From Spirochaetia bacterium (GTDB lineage: Bacteria; Spirochaetota; Spirochaetia; CADAEX01): 27,494 nucleotides of DNA. Below are positions 7,263 through 16,671 of this stretch, one piece after another (positions within the stretch are counted from its first letter, which is position 1; each line of letters starts with the position of its first letter). A program made the translations under genes and the position numbers. Where the stretch lies: assembly GCA_045579325.1 (NCBI GenBank), contig JAZNLX010000203.1, positions 1 to 27,494 of the forward strand. Direction: 5' to 3'. The notes beneath the pieces were generated by a model that saw nothing but the letters and a program-made list of their open reading frames with translations, was not told the origin of the DNA and searched no databases.

Positions 7263-8359
7263 CTTTTCAATATCTCCAAATATACTGATATAACTTTCTT
7301 TTCGTCAAATTTTTCTTCTGCAAGCATACGGCTCCTTCTGCCCATTTCCAGCCTTTCTTCCCGGCTGAGAAGAATGAATTTCTTAAGCACACGATACAGG
7401 TCATCGGCAGATCTCGCCTCGGTTACATAGCCGTTTTCGCCGTCTGTAACTGTTTCCCTGCAGCCCGGCATGTCGGTGGTGATTACCGGCCTTCCCATGG
7501 CAAGGGCCTCTATGAGAATCTTGGGAATTCCTTCCCTGTAGTAGGATGGAAGAACCACTGCGCTGCAGGATGCAATATAAGGTCTTACATCCTTGGTCTG
7601 GCCGCCGTAGTATGCCCCTTTTTCAGGATCCAGGGCCTCCAGCTCTGAAAGCCTGACTCCCATGGGATTGTCATTGTCCGCAGGGCCCAGAAGTACAAAT
7701 TCAGAATCGGGAAACTCCTTTTTCAGCCGTCCCGCCGCCTCGATAAACTCTCCTATTCCCTTGTTTCTGAGCATGCGGGAAATAAGCATGAATTTTCTTG
7801 TTTCAGGTACCGGGGTAAAGTCAAACTTTTCAAGATCGGCACCTGACCCATTAACAAGATATACATTCCTTTCGCCGATTATCTTTTCATAGATAAAGAA
7901 CTGACGGTCATCCGGGTTCTGGAAAATCACGGCAAAGGCCTTTTTGAAAGCCCACTTGTAGAGCTGCTTCACTATGCGGTATGTCATGCCGGAAGGATTG
8001 TCAAAGGCTGTTCCCAGGCCGTTTACCGTACAGGCTATCCTGATTCCGGCAAGACGGCAGGCAATGGCACTGTAGATATTGGTCTTTATTGTATAGGTAA
8101 AAACCATATCCGGCTTTATTTTCTTATAGATTTTATAATATTCAAGTATCAGGAAAAGATCTGAAAAAGGATTCTTTCCCTTTCTCTCCAGGTTCTTTAC
8201 CTCATGGAAAACAGTACCGGGATTCTTTATTGATGTGAAATTGGCAGCAGGCGCCACGGTGTGAACCTCGTATCCAAGCCCTTTCAGTGTTTCGATAAAT
8301 CCGGCCCTGTGATTGAAAACCGTCCATGCTGTATTAGAAGAAATGACCACCCTTTTCAT
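7259..8359 (-). CDS. Glycosyltransferase family 4 (PglA/CapM-like)
   Basis: EGIPKILIEALAMG (E-x7-E), LERKGKNPFSDL, ISRMLRNKGIGEF, DMPGCRETV. Confidence 0.9.
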   Translation of the reverse strand: MKRVVISSNTAWTVFNHRAGFIETLKGLGYEVHTVAPAANFTSIKNPGTVFHEVKNLERKGKNPFSDLFLILEYYKIYKKIKPDMVFTYTIKTNIYSAIACRLAGIRIACTVNGLGTAFDNPSGMTYRIVKQLYKWAFKKAFAVIFQNPDDRQFFIYEKIIGERNVYLVNGSGADLEKFDFTPVPETRKFMLISRMLRNKGIGEFIEAAGRLKKEFPDSEFVLLGPADNDNPMGVRLSELEALDPEKGAYYGGQTKDVRPYIASCSAVVLPSYYREGIPKILIEALAMGRPVITTDMPGCRETVTDGENGYVTEARSADDLYRVLKKFILLSREERLEMGRRSRMLAEEKFDEKKVISVYLEILKR

Positions 8360-8360
8360 C

Positions 8361-9482
8361 TTATTTCAGAAGCTCCCTGTATATGTCCAGAGTTTCGGCA
8401 GCCGCCTTTTTCCAGGAAAATTCGCTTTCACGCTTATATCCCTTTTCGGTCAGGGTCTTCCGGAGAGAGCTGTCCTCAGCAATTCTTTTCATGGCTGCGG
8501 TTATTTCTCCGGTTTCAAGGGGATTTACCAGAAGTGCGGCATTTCCGGCAACTTCGGATGTGGAAGAAAAGTCTGAAGTTATGACAGGAGCCCCGCATTT
8601 CATGGCCTCCAGGATAGGAAGCCCGAAGCCTTCGTAGAGGGACGGAAGACAGTATGCCATGGCTCCGGAATAAAGGGTATATTTGTCATCGTCGGAAACA
8701 TAGCCGGTAAAGATAATGTCCCTGCGGTCGGTTCCGTCAGAAACAAAGCTCTTGTGAAGCTTCCCCGCAACCACCAGACGAAGCTCATCCAGATGGGGAT
8801 TCTCTTCCTTAAGCTTAATGAATGCATCTATTGTACGCCCGATATTCTTATGTGGTCTCAGTTCTCCCAGATAAAGGAAATAAGGCTTGTCCAAGGAGAA
8901 TTTCCTGTAGATTTCCTCGTTTTTCTCCATTTTTACCGTTGCTGCCTCGTAAACCACCCTTGCTTTTTCCGTTTTTTTCCTCAGGGAAGGAAAAACCTTG
9001 ATAAGGTCTGACTTGGTGGACTCGGAAACAGAAATAACGCTGTTGCATCTTTTTACCGCATTTTTCATCAGATTCCTGAGATAGAAGGATTTGAGCCCTC
9101 CCTTGTTGCCGAAAAATTCGGGATGAAGAATATATTTAAGGTCATGGATTGTGACCATCTGCTTTCCGCAAAAAAAGAGGGGATGATTGGAATAAAGACA
9201 ATGAAACAGGTCGCATTTCAGAGCCCCGGCATATTTAACAAAAAGGAGATCCCGTCTGATACCGATGGCAGGAATATCAAAAACCTTGACTTCTGTATTG
9301 TTCATCCCTGCAAGCATGACAATGAATGGGTGATCCTTCTTTAGCGACGGATTTACCATAACTGTAAAACGGTAATCTTCAGGTGCAGTCGGAAGAAGCT
9401 CCCTGAGCAGTTCCTCCACGTACTGACCTACTCCGGTCCGGCCGTTTTCCACAGCCAGGGCATCAAGAATTATGTGCTTCAT
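8361..9482 (-). CDS. Glycosyltransferase family 4 (MtfB/mannosyltransferase-like)
   Basis: EGFGLPILEAMKCG, YLGELRPHKNI, TGVGQY. Start re-assigned to the ATG at 9482 (MKHIILD), which has a GGAG RBS and an ATGA overlap with GT25. Confidence 0.9.
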   Translation of the reverse strand: MKHIILDALAVENGRTGVGQYVEELLRELLPTAPEDYRFTVMVNPSLKKDHPFIVMLAGMNNTEVKVFDIPAIGIRRDLLFVKYAGALKCDLFHCLYSNHPLFFCGKQMVTIHDLKYILHPEFFGNKGGLKSFYLRNLMKNAVKRCNSVISVSESTKSDLIKVFPSLRKKTEKARVVYEAATVKMEKNEEIYRKFSLDKPYFLYLGELRPHKNIGRTIDAFIKLKEENPHLDELRLVVAGKLHKSFVSDGTDRRDIIFTGYVSDDDKYTLYSGAMAYCLPSLYEGFGLPILEAMKCGAPVITSDFSSTSEVAGNAALLVNPLETGEITAAMKRIAEDSSLRKTLTEKGYKRESEFSWKKAAAETLDIYRELLK

Positions 9483-10300
9483 CTGACTCTCCTGAATTGT
9501 CTGAAAAAGAATTTTATACGGCGCATGTTCTTGACTCCGTTGGCAAAAGACTTGAAGCAACGGCTTTTTCTTTTAAGTCCCCGGTAAAATTCGATAACTG
9601 CAGAAACAGGACTTCTGTCACCGCCTGTGCTGCCGAACCAGTTTTCCCTGTTCAGTTCGAACCGGCCTGAAATAGTTTCCTGAAACTCCTTGTTCTGAGG
9701 AATGCATACCGGTTTTATGCCGTAGAGACGTACATCTATACCAAGCCTGTTGCCTGTAAGCCAGTCTGCCGGCATACGGATGGGAAAACCTGCGGCAAGA
9801 AGCTTTTTCGCACCGCTGAGTTTAATAAGGTAACCGCTGGTCCAGTTGGGATTTTCCACAAAGCGGACAATATGATATTTTCCGAAAAGCCTCTGCCTAT
9901 CCCAGACAGAAGAAACCGCATTGTTATGGGAAAGGAACATAAGTTCCCAGTCCTCAGGAAACTCCGGCTCTCGACTTAGGATTTCCGGCAGTTCATCACA
10001 GAGAATCACATCATCCTCCAGAATCAGCGCCTCTTCGATATTATCCTCAACCATTTTCCTATAGATATTGAGATGGCTCCAGGAACAGCCTATTTCTCCC
10101 CTTGTCAGCTCCCGGCCGAAAAATGATACGGAGCCCTCGGAGTCATATCCGGCATCAACTTCTGCCTGAGACAGCTTACGCCCGTCCACGGCCGGAAATA
10201 TTTCAAAAGGGATTCCCAGTTTATCAAGCTGATCCGATATGAACTTCCGTCTGTCAGTTGAGGTTTCGAGATTGACTACAAAAACCGGGGGAATTTTCAT
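9479..10300 (-). CDS. Glycosyltransferase family 25
   Basis: VFVVNL...DRR, FPAVDG, LTRGEIGCSWSH, ALILEDDV, GYLI..GAKKLL, PADW. RBS GGAGG. Confidence 0.9.
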   Translation of the reverse strand: MKIPPVFVVNLETSTDRRKFISDQLDKLGIPFEIFPAVDGRKLSQAEVDAGYDSEGSVSFFGRELTRGEIGCSWSHLNIYRKMVEDNIEEALILEDDVILCDELPEILSREPEFPEDWELMFLSHNNAVSSVWDRQRLFGKYHIVRFVENPNWTSGYLIKLSGAKKLLAAGFPIRMPADWLTGNRLGIDVRLYGIKPVCIPQNKEFQETISGRFELNRENWFGSTGGDRSPVSAVIEFYRGLKRKSRCFKSFANGVKNMRRIKFFFRQFRRVR

Positions 10301-11022
10301 TTCTTATCCTCCGAAAAAATTGGTGCCGGAGAAAAGTCCTCAATAAGAAATTCCTTCTTGTCCCGGCTCCACTGCTTATAGCCGTGTGTAAAGACATTCT
10401 CTCCGTAAAAGGTCTTAAGGACCTCTTTGTTATGAGGGACAGGAACGGTACGGTGATAGAACGGACATGCTGCAAGGGGATAGATATCCTTCTTCGGATA
10501 GATCCTGCGAAGTCCCTTGGTTAAGAAAACGATATTATCATCCTCCTCGTTGCCCCAGATTATATCCACGTGGAGGGAGTTTTTTCTGCTGAACTGAAGC
10601 TGCAGGCACTCCTCCCTTTCTTCAAGGTAATAATGGGTTCCGGAAAGAGCCTTTTCCAGCAGAGTTACAACCTTTTCCTTGTCCCGGCTGTGTACGCCGA
10701 TATCCCCGTCGGTTTCCCAGGGATTGAACCCCCCGTGCCTTACAGCCCCCAGATGGGTTCCGATTATGGCAAACCATTCCACCGAATTTGCATCCAGGAG
10801 ATCTCCCAGAAAGGTAAGTAGCTCATACAGATGATTTATACAGCATACGGGAGAATTCTTACCCTTTCTTTCGTAATAGAAGTTGATGCTCCACGGATTT
10901 TCGTCGCACCTGGCAGTAACGGAGGTGCATACCTTGTCACGCCTGAAAAAGAGAAGGTACCGCAGAAAAAGACGGCATAAAAGAAGAGTTCCTTTCTGTA
11001 TTCTCCTGATGAATTTCCTCAA
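10297..11022 (-). CDS. LicD/fukutin family phosphotransferase
   Basis: WFAIIGTHLGAVRHGGFNPWETDGDIGV corresponds to the LicD GTLLGAVRHxGFIPWDDDxD motif. Also PVPHNKEVLKTFYG. TTG start. Confidence 0.85.
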   Translation of the reverse strand: MRKFIRRIQKGTLLLCRLFLRYLLFFRRDKVCTSVTARCDENPWSINFYYERKGKNSPVCCINHLYELLTFLGDLLDANSVEWFAIIGTHLGAVRHGGFNPWETDGDIGVHSRDKEKVVTLLEKALSGTHYYLEEREECLQLQFSRKNSLHVDIIWGNEEDDNIVFLTKGLRRIYPKKDIYPLAACPFYHRTVPVPHNKEVLKTFYGENVFTHGYKQWSRDKKEFLIEDFSPAPIFSEDKK

Positions 11023-11024
11023 AA

Positions 11025-12482
11025 TTAATCCTTTTTTCCATTTTTTCTGACTATATTAATCAGATACTGCAGACATTCCAGCCTTAAGATCCATGCCATA
11101 GCAAAATATACGACAATACCGGCAAAGGCCTGAACCATCATCAAAGGCAGATATCCAAGTCCCGGAATCCTTATACTCATTATAATAAGCCCCATCAAAG
11201 CCGACAAGCCTATAAACGGAATAACATCCGCAAGCTGCTCCCTGAGGCTGTATCCGATCAGCTTTCTGTTGGGAAGGGCTCCGATAAGGATTGAAATCAG
11301 AGTGGTGAATGCATCGAAAATAACCACCGCTTCCAGACTGCGGAAAACAAAGGCTGCAACACAGAAACCGGCAATCATTATGATTTTCTTGGCAACCTCG
11401 ATACGGAGAAGGATTTTTCCCTCCCCCATGGCCTTGAGAACCTGAAGATTGGTACTCTGCAGAGGCCAGAAGGCAAACTTTATACAGGCCCACTGAAGGA
11501 AGAAAACACAAGGAAGCCATTTTTCGGTAAGAAGAACAATAACCAGCGGTCTGGCAACCACGGCAAGCCCCACCATTGCGGGAATCACCAGGAAAGAGCT
11601 GGTAACAATGGCACGGCGGACCATTTTCTTAAGCTTGGCCTTATCCTCCTGAAAGGAAGCAAGAGCGGGAAACATTACAGACTGTATCGGTCCGTCCAGG
11701 TTGGAAACTATAAACTGAGGAAAGGTGATTCCCTTGTTGTAGATTCCCAGGGCGGCAGATGAAAAGCTTTTTCCGATTATGAGGCTGCAGAAATCGGTGT
11801 AGACATAATGCAGCAGGGAAGCCATGAATGTGCGCCCTCCGAAGGAGAACAGAGATCTGAGCCTTTTTCCGGAGAAAAGAAGCTTAGGCTTCCATTTGAC
11901 CATGTACCACATGATGATGTTCTGACAGGTATAGCTGGTTAATTTCTGTCCTACCAGAGCCCATACTCCGTATCCTGCATAGGCCATCCATATTCCGACA
12001 AAGGCAGAAATCAGAACCCCGGAGATAACTATCTTAAAGGATTTCTTGAATGCCATGTTCCTGGAAAGGATGGCATGCTGTATGGAATTCAGGGTTCCAA
12101 GGAAAATTACCGCCGAAAGGACCCTGAGAACAGGCTTTATTTCCGGTATCTTGTAGAAGTCGGCAATGAAAGGAGCTGCAAACCACAGTATGATATAGGT
12201 TACGGCAGAGAATGCGATACTGAAGAAGAATACCGAGGAAAAGTCCGTGTCATCCGCGTTCTTCTTCTGTACCAGTGCAACCGAAAAGCCGTTTTCAATG
12301 AATATAACGGCAATATCGATGAACACCATCACCAGAACTACGATACCGTAGTCCCTCGGAGCCAGAAGACGGGCCAGAATAATGGAAATGACAAAGGTTA
12401 TCCCTTTCTTTCCTATCCTTTCAAAGGCCTTCCAGAAAAGAGAACTTATTATGGTTTTTCTTGTTACCGGGTTGCTGCTCAT
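11025..12482 (-). CDS. wzx: Wzx-type polysaccharide flippase (PST/MOP family, WzxC/TuaB-like)
   Basis: 485 aa with many hydrophobic segments. N-terminus SSLFWKAFERIGKKGITFVISIILARLLAPRDYG is typical of the family. Confidence 0.9.
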   Translation of the reverse strand: MSSNPVTRKTIISSLFWKAFERIGKKGITFVISIILARLLAPRDYGIVVLVMVFIDIAVIFIENGFSVALVQKKNADDTDFSSVFFFSIAFSAVTYIILWFAAPFIADFYKIPEIKPVLRVLSAVIFLGTLNSIQHAILSRNMAFKKSFKIVISGVLISAFVGIWMAYAGYGVWALVGQKLTSYTCQNIIMWYMVKWKPKLLFSGKRLRSLFSFGGRTFMASLLHYVYTDFCSLIIGKSFSSAALGIYNKGITFPQFIVSNLDGPIQSVMFPALASFQEDKAKLKKMVRRAIVTSSFLVIPAMVGLAVVARPLVIVLLTEKWLPCVFFLQWACIKFAFWPLQSTNLQVLKAMGEGKILLRIEVAKKIIMIAGFCVAAFVFRSLEAVVIFDAFTTLISILIGALPNRKLIGYSLREQLADVIPFIGLSALMGLIIMSIRIPGLGYLPLMMVQAFAGIVVYFAMAWILRLECLQYLINIVRKNGKKD

Positions 12483-12484
12483 TG

Positions 12485-13189
12485 TCAGAACTTACAGAAC
12501 CTTCCGTCTGTCTTGTTGGTTTCGGCTATATTGCCGGCCATGGTATCCTCCCAGAACACGCAGGGAACATTCCAGGTCTTTCCGTACAGGGCTTCAAGAA
12601 AAGCCGGAGCATTTACAGGGACAGGCACATCAAGCCCCTGGAACGGAATCCTTTCCAGACCGTTATCCTTCCATGAGAGTTTAATTGCATTGAGTGTGTC
12701 GGATTCATCCCGCAGATAGGACCAGCACCAAAGATTTCCTCTGCTTCTTGTAAAGACAAAAAGATCGAAATGGATAACGCCGTTGGAATACTTTTCCACA
12801 AAGCCTTCGTTAGGCATATAGCTTCCGTACATGCTGTAGCGGTATTCTCTGACAAAGCCGATTTTCTCAAAGCTCCTGTACAGGTTTTCATCATATTGGT
12901 CTGAAAAAACACCCATCTCCAGGTCGTCGTCATGCTTTATGAAATCTTTTTCCCGGATTGCGCCCAGAAGTGTTCCGAAGCAGATAAAATAATCAATTCC
13001 CAGATTATCAAAAGCATTGATGACCTCCGGAAAATATTTCCTGACATTGGACTGGAAAACCACCGATTTTGTCAGTTGCTTTTTCTCCCCTCTCTTTCTC
13101 CTGAGGGTTCTCAGGATGCCTCCCGTAACGGGATTGCTTTTCAGCAGCCGTTTGGCCACACGGTAAATTTTATTATCGTAAATACTCAA
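12485..13189 (-). CDS. LicD/fukutin family phosphotransferase
   Basis: YFICFGTLLGAIREKDFIKHDDDLEMGV, HFDLFVF, VPVPVNAPAFLEALYGKTWNVP. TTG start with a TTGA overlap. Confidence 0.85.
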   Translation of the reverse strand: MSIYDNKIYRVAKRLLKSNPVTGGILRTLRRKRGEKKQLTKSVVFQSNVRKYFPEVINAFDNLGIDYFICFGTLLGAIREKDFIKHDDDLEMGVFSDQYDENLYRSFEKIGFVREYRYSMYGSYMPNEGFVEKYSNGVIHFDLFVFTRSRGNLWCWSYLRDESDTLNAIKLSWKDNGLERIPFQGLDVPVPVNAPAFLEALYGKTWNVPCVFWEDTMAGNIAETNKTDGRFCKF

Positions 13190-14427
13190 AACAGATTCCT
13201 CAATTCCTTCAGCTCCTTCCCGAGTACGGAAGAAATTCTCTGAAGCTGATACCTGATATCACCCAGCTTCCGGCTTATTTTCATGGAAGCAGTCTTGTTG
13301 AAACCGCTGCCGTCGGTATATTTTATTCTTCTTCCGGAATTGTTGTATTTTTCTCCGAAAGGCTTGTCCACCTTGAAAATCAGTTCGTTTCCCACAGACC
13401 TTTCTTTCAGATTGATTATATCCCAGCCATAGCGGTTTTCCTTGTAGAAACAGCATTTTTCTTCAAGTATGCTCCGGAAGCTGTCGGCCGGATGGGCCTG
13501 ATCTCCGTTGTTTTTTCCGTCTAAATGCTCGATATAATAGTAATCGTCAGTTTTTACGGCCCAGAGGTTATAGGTACTGTAAAGGAACTGATCCACCCCT
13601 TTATAATGATAAATATCCTCCATGGCCACGATACGCCCGGTATTCAGATCTTCAAGAGAGATACCGTCAGTATCCGGTTTTTCCCCCAGCCATTCTGCTA
13701 CAGTTGGAAAGATATCCATAAGAGAAACACTCTTTTTTATCTCGATTATTCCCTTGTCACCCTTTCTGTGAACAAACAGGGTTATGTTTGTCCGGGTTTT
13801 TCCGATATATTCGCTGTTTTTATCGTTTTCGAGCAGACATCCGTGATCGGAAAAAAGGATTATACGGTCAAACTTGTTGCCGACTGCCCCGATAAACTTT
13901 TCTATGGCGGCCGCAAGATGCTCCTGCCCCACTTTATCGGCAACTTCACGGCTTACCACCGGACCGCAGGAATAATGATCCACTGCATCATGATAATCAT
14001 CATAGCCTAGCCATACACACAGGTTTTCGCTGCGGTCTTTCTTTACTGTCTCTGTTATTTCACCGTAATCAAAGAAAATCTCGCCGCAGGAATCAAAATC
14101 CCGGGGAACGATTCCCTCTTTCGGGCTGAAAGAATATGGAGAAGCATAATAGAGAGTCCTGAAATCATGTCTTTTAAGAAGCCTGAACAGGTTATCGCAT
14201 CCGGTGTCCAGAAAATAATAGGGCCATTGTCCCCTTTTACGGCATCCGTTTTTCTTGGGATAAAGACCGGTGTACATGCAGGCCAGGGCTCTGGGGGTTT
14301 CTGCCGCCGGGGTATATGCCTCACGGAACCAGGTGCCTCCGATTTTTCCCATCAATTCAAGCACGGGACTTCCGGATACCAGCTTATCCGGCCTCAGCAT
14401 ATCACAGAAAAGAAAAAGTATCTTCAA
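13186..14427 (-). CDS. Alkaline-phosphatase-superfamily ('sulfatase-like') enzyme with a Thr nucleophile, cytoplasmic
   Basis: ILFLFCDMLRPD (metal Asp), AYTPAAETPRALACMYTGLYP, DDYHD, ILFSDHG. No signal peptide. TTG start with GGAG RBS. Confidence 0.8.
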   Translation of the reverse strand: MKILFLFCDMLRPDKLVSGSPVLELMGKIGGTWFREAYTPAAETPRALACMYTGLYPKKNGCRKRGQWPYYFLDTGCDNLFRLLKRHDFRTLYYASPYSFSPKEGIVPRDFDSCGEIFFDYGEITETVKKDRSENLCVWLGYDDYHDAVDHYSCGPVVSREVADKVGQEHLAAAIEKFIGAVGNKFDRIILFSDHGCLLENDKNSEYIGKTRTNITLFVHRKGDKGIIEIKKSVSLMDIFPTVAEWLGEKPDTDGISLEDLNTGRIVAMEDIYHYKGVDQFLYSTYNLWAVKTDDYYYIEHLDGKNNGDQAHPADSFRSILEEKCCFYKENRYGWDIINLKERSVGNELIFKVDKPFGEKYNNSGRRIKYTDGSGFNKTASMKISRKLGDIRYQLQRISSVLGKELKELRNLF

Positions 14428-14429
14428 TT

Positions 14430-15719
14430 TTACTCCATCATGGCCTGAATAAGCCTTTTAAGTTTTTTCCTGTTTACAAGAATCTTGAACATCCTGAAAA
14501 TCTGCAGAGAACGGATAAGAATTTTTGTCTTGAAAATATCTGATTTACTGTACAGCCTCCGCTCCTGACCATCCGTAAACCTGATTGCCTTCCCTTTTTC
14601 GTTGAAAAGATGGGAAATGGGTGCCGGAAAGGGCTGAATTGTATTTTCATACTGTTTTACAACCTTCATTCCGTATTTGTAGTCGCAGGAGTGTTCTTCG
14701 ATTTTACTGCGGAAAAATGCCAGCTTTTCCTTATCGCCGAAGCTACTGATTACTTTTCCGGTTCTGTTGTCTGTCAGTTTATAATGACGGTCCAGAACAG
14801 GATCGTCAAAATCTATCTGCTGAGTAAAGTAATAATCCTTATCCACATAACACCAGACTGTATTTCTGAAGCCCACCTCGTTTGAGACAAAATAGTTGTT
14901 CTCAATTACCAGATAAGAGAAATCATCTGCCAATGTAAGACTCTTTCCGTCAAAATTTTCGCCGGAGGGATCCTTACCCAGAAGTTCCATTATTGTAGGA
15001 TAAATATCCATTATTGAGACAATGCTGTCATTCTTAGCCAGTTTTTTATCCCCCTTCCTATGCCAGAAAAGGGTAATTCCGGTTCTGTCATAGTCCAGTA
15101 CATCCAAACCTCTCCGAGGCTCGTTGTAAAATTTGCAGCCATGATCAGAAAAAATAAAAATATGATCCCAATAGTCAGGGGAAATTATATCAAAAATCTG
15201 ACTGAAAGTATTTGACAGATGCAGCTGCCCGATCCTGTCTCCGATTGCAGCAGTAGGAGAAAGCCCGATGGAGCCGTGATAATCCTCGATTGTCATGAAA
15301 GCAATGCTGTTTTCTTCTCTGTCCTTTCTGACCTGCTTCATCATTTCCAAAGGATCATAAGAAAGATAGGAATAATCAAACACATGCTCCGGAAACTGTT
15401 TCCTGGAATTGACAGGAGTGGCAAAGATATAGATTCTGTGCTGCTGTTCCCTGAAAAATCTGAAGATATGGTTTTCAGTCTCCAGATAGACCCTCGGATA
15501 ATGCTCAATTTCCCGGCAGCCGTTTCTGTTCGGGTAAAGACCGGAATAAAAAGCTCCCATACTTCTGGATGTATCCGGTGCAGGAGAATAAGCTCTGGTA
15601 TAGACTGTTCCTCCCAGCCTCTCAAGCCAGCCGTCTATCTCCCCTTTTTCCTTTTTCGGATTGACACAGTTCAACTGATCCGGTCTCAGCATGTCACAGA
15701 ACAGGAAAAGTATTTTCAT
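14430..15719 (-). CDS. Alkaline-phosphatase-superfamily ('sulfatase-like') enzyme with a Thr nucleophile, cytoplasmic; paralog of the adjacent gene
   Basis: First 14 aa identical to the neighbour (MKILFLFCDMLRPD; 40/48 nt identical over the first 16 codons). AYSPAPDTSRSMGAFYSGLYP, EDYHG, IFSDHG. Confidence 0.8.
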   Translation of the reverse strand: MKILFLFCDMLRPDQLNCVNPKKEKGEIDGWLERLGGTVYTRAYSPAPDTSRSMGAFYSGLYPNRNGCREIEHYPRVYLETENHIFRFFREQQHRIYIFATPVNSRKQFPEHVFDYSYLSYDPLEMMKQVRKDREENSIAFMTIEDYHGSIGLSPTAAIGDRIGQLHLSNTFSQIFDIISPDYWDHIFIFSDHGCKFYNEPRRGLDVLDYDRTGITLFWHRKGDKKLAKNDSIVSIMDIYPTIMELLGKDPSGENFDGKSLTLADDFSYLVIENNYFVSNEVGFRNTVWCYVDKDYYFTQQIDFDDPVLDRHYKLTDNRTGKVISSFGDKEKLAFFRSKIEEHSCDYKYGMKVVKQYENTIQPFPAPISHLFNEKGKAIRFTDGQERRLYSKSDIFKTKILIRSLQIFRMFKILVNRKKLKRLIQAMME

Positions 15720-16669
15720 GCTTCAGCCCCTTTGAACCATTTTATGAATCTGTCTATTCCCACCTTAAGATCCGTGGAAGGAGAATATCCGTAATCCCGC
15801 TCCAGGGCAGAAATATCGGCAAAGGTTTCCAGAACATCGCCGCTCTGCATAGGCATAAGGTTCAACTCAGCCTTCTTTCCCAGCCCCTCTTCGATAAAAC
15901 GTATCATGTCGGAGAGCTTTTCAGGCTTGCCCCGGCCGATATTGTAGACACGGAACTTGTCAAAGCTGCCGAAATCGGAGAACAGAATGTGCTCAATTCC
16001 CTCTGTTACATCGTCCACATAGGTAAAATCCCGCTTCATCTCACCGAAATTGTATACATCAATGGGTTTTCCCTCGGTTATTTTCTTTGCAAACTTGAAA
16101 TAGGCCATATCCGGTCTTCCGAGCGGGCCGTAAACGGTAAAGAAACGGAGTCCCACCATATTCATTCCGTACATGTCAGCATATACATGAGCCATAAGCT
16201 CATCTGCTTTTTTAGTGGCGGCATAGAGACTGGCCGGAGAATCGGTCTTTTCGGCTTCGGTAAAAGGCATTTCCCTGTTGCGGCCGTAAACACTGGAGCT
16301 GCTGGCATAGACTATATTGCGGGTTCCGGCACGGCGGCACCCCTCCAGGAGGTTAAGAAATGCGGAAATATTGTTTTCCACATAGGTGTATGGATTTTCT
16401 ATGGAGTATCTGACACCGGCCTGGGCTGCCAGATTGCATACCACATCAAATTTTTTCTCTTCCAGCAGGGCGAAAAGCTCTTCCCTGCAGCACATATCCA
16501 GCTTGCGGAATTCCAGGCCGGCCAGTTTTTCAAGGCGGCTGTTCTTCAGCTCCACATCATAATAGGAATTCATGGAATCGATACCCACTGCTTCCGCATC
16601 GGTTTCCATAAGTCTTCTGCAAAGGTGATATCCTATGAATCCGGCCGCACCGGTAACAAGTATTTTCAT
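15716..16669 (-). CDS. UDP-glucuronate 4-epimerase (extended SDR)
   Basis: GAAGFIG, NLAAQAGVRYS, ASSSSVYG, YAATK, RFFTVYGPLGRPDMA. Located near ugd in the same operon. Confidence 0.85.
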   Translation of the reverse strand: MKILVTGAAGFIGYHLCRRLMETDAEAVGIDSMNSYYDVELKNSRLEKLAGLEFRKLDMCCREELFALLEEKKFDVVCNLAAQAGVRYSIENPYTYVENNISAFLNLLEGCRRAGTRNIVYASSSSVYGRNREMPFTEAEKTDSPASLYAATKKADELMAHVYADMYGMNMVGLRFFTVYGPLGRPDMAYFKFAKKITEGKPIDVYNFGEMKRDFTYVDDVTEGIEHILFSDFGSFDKFRVYNIGRGKPEKLSDMIRFIEEGLGKKAELNLMPMQSGDVLETFADISALERDYGYSPSTDLKVGIDRFIKWFKGAEA

Positions 16670-16671
16670 TT

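Noticed and set aside
6324-7430. 368-aa plus-strand ORF, and similar antisense ORFs at 3553-4200, 5531-6229, 12075-12719, 15989-16678 and 21726-22319
   Set aside because: They lie entirely opposite well-supported genes and have no motifs or RBS. They are shadow ORFs from codon bias.
1421-8978. Homopolymer runs (A8 at 1421-1428, A7 in the CotH 1 signal peptide, T7 in GT4) as slipped-strand phase-variation sites
   Set aside because: The runs are short, A/T only and in frame. No long poly-G/C or microsatellite tract is seen.
14430-15719. Apparent low-GC cassette in the AP-superfamily gene
   Set aside because: Hand counts are patchy (19/60 at 14881, 27/60 at 14941, 21/60 at 15001, 30/60 at 15061), so there is no consistent compositional shift.
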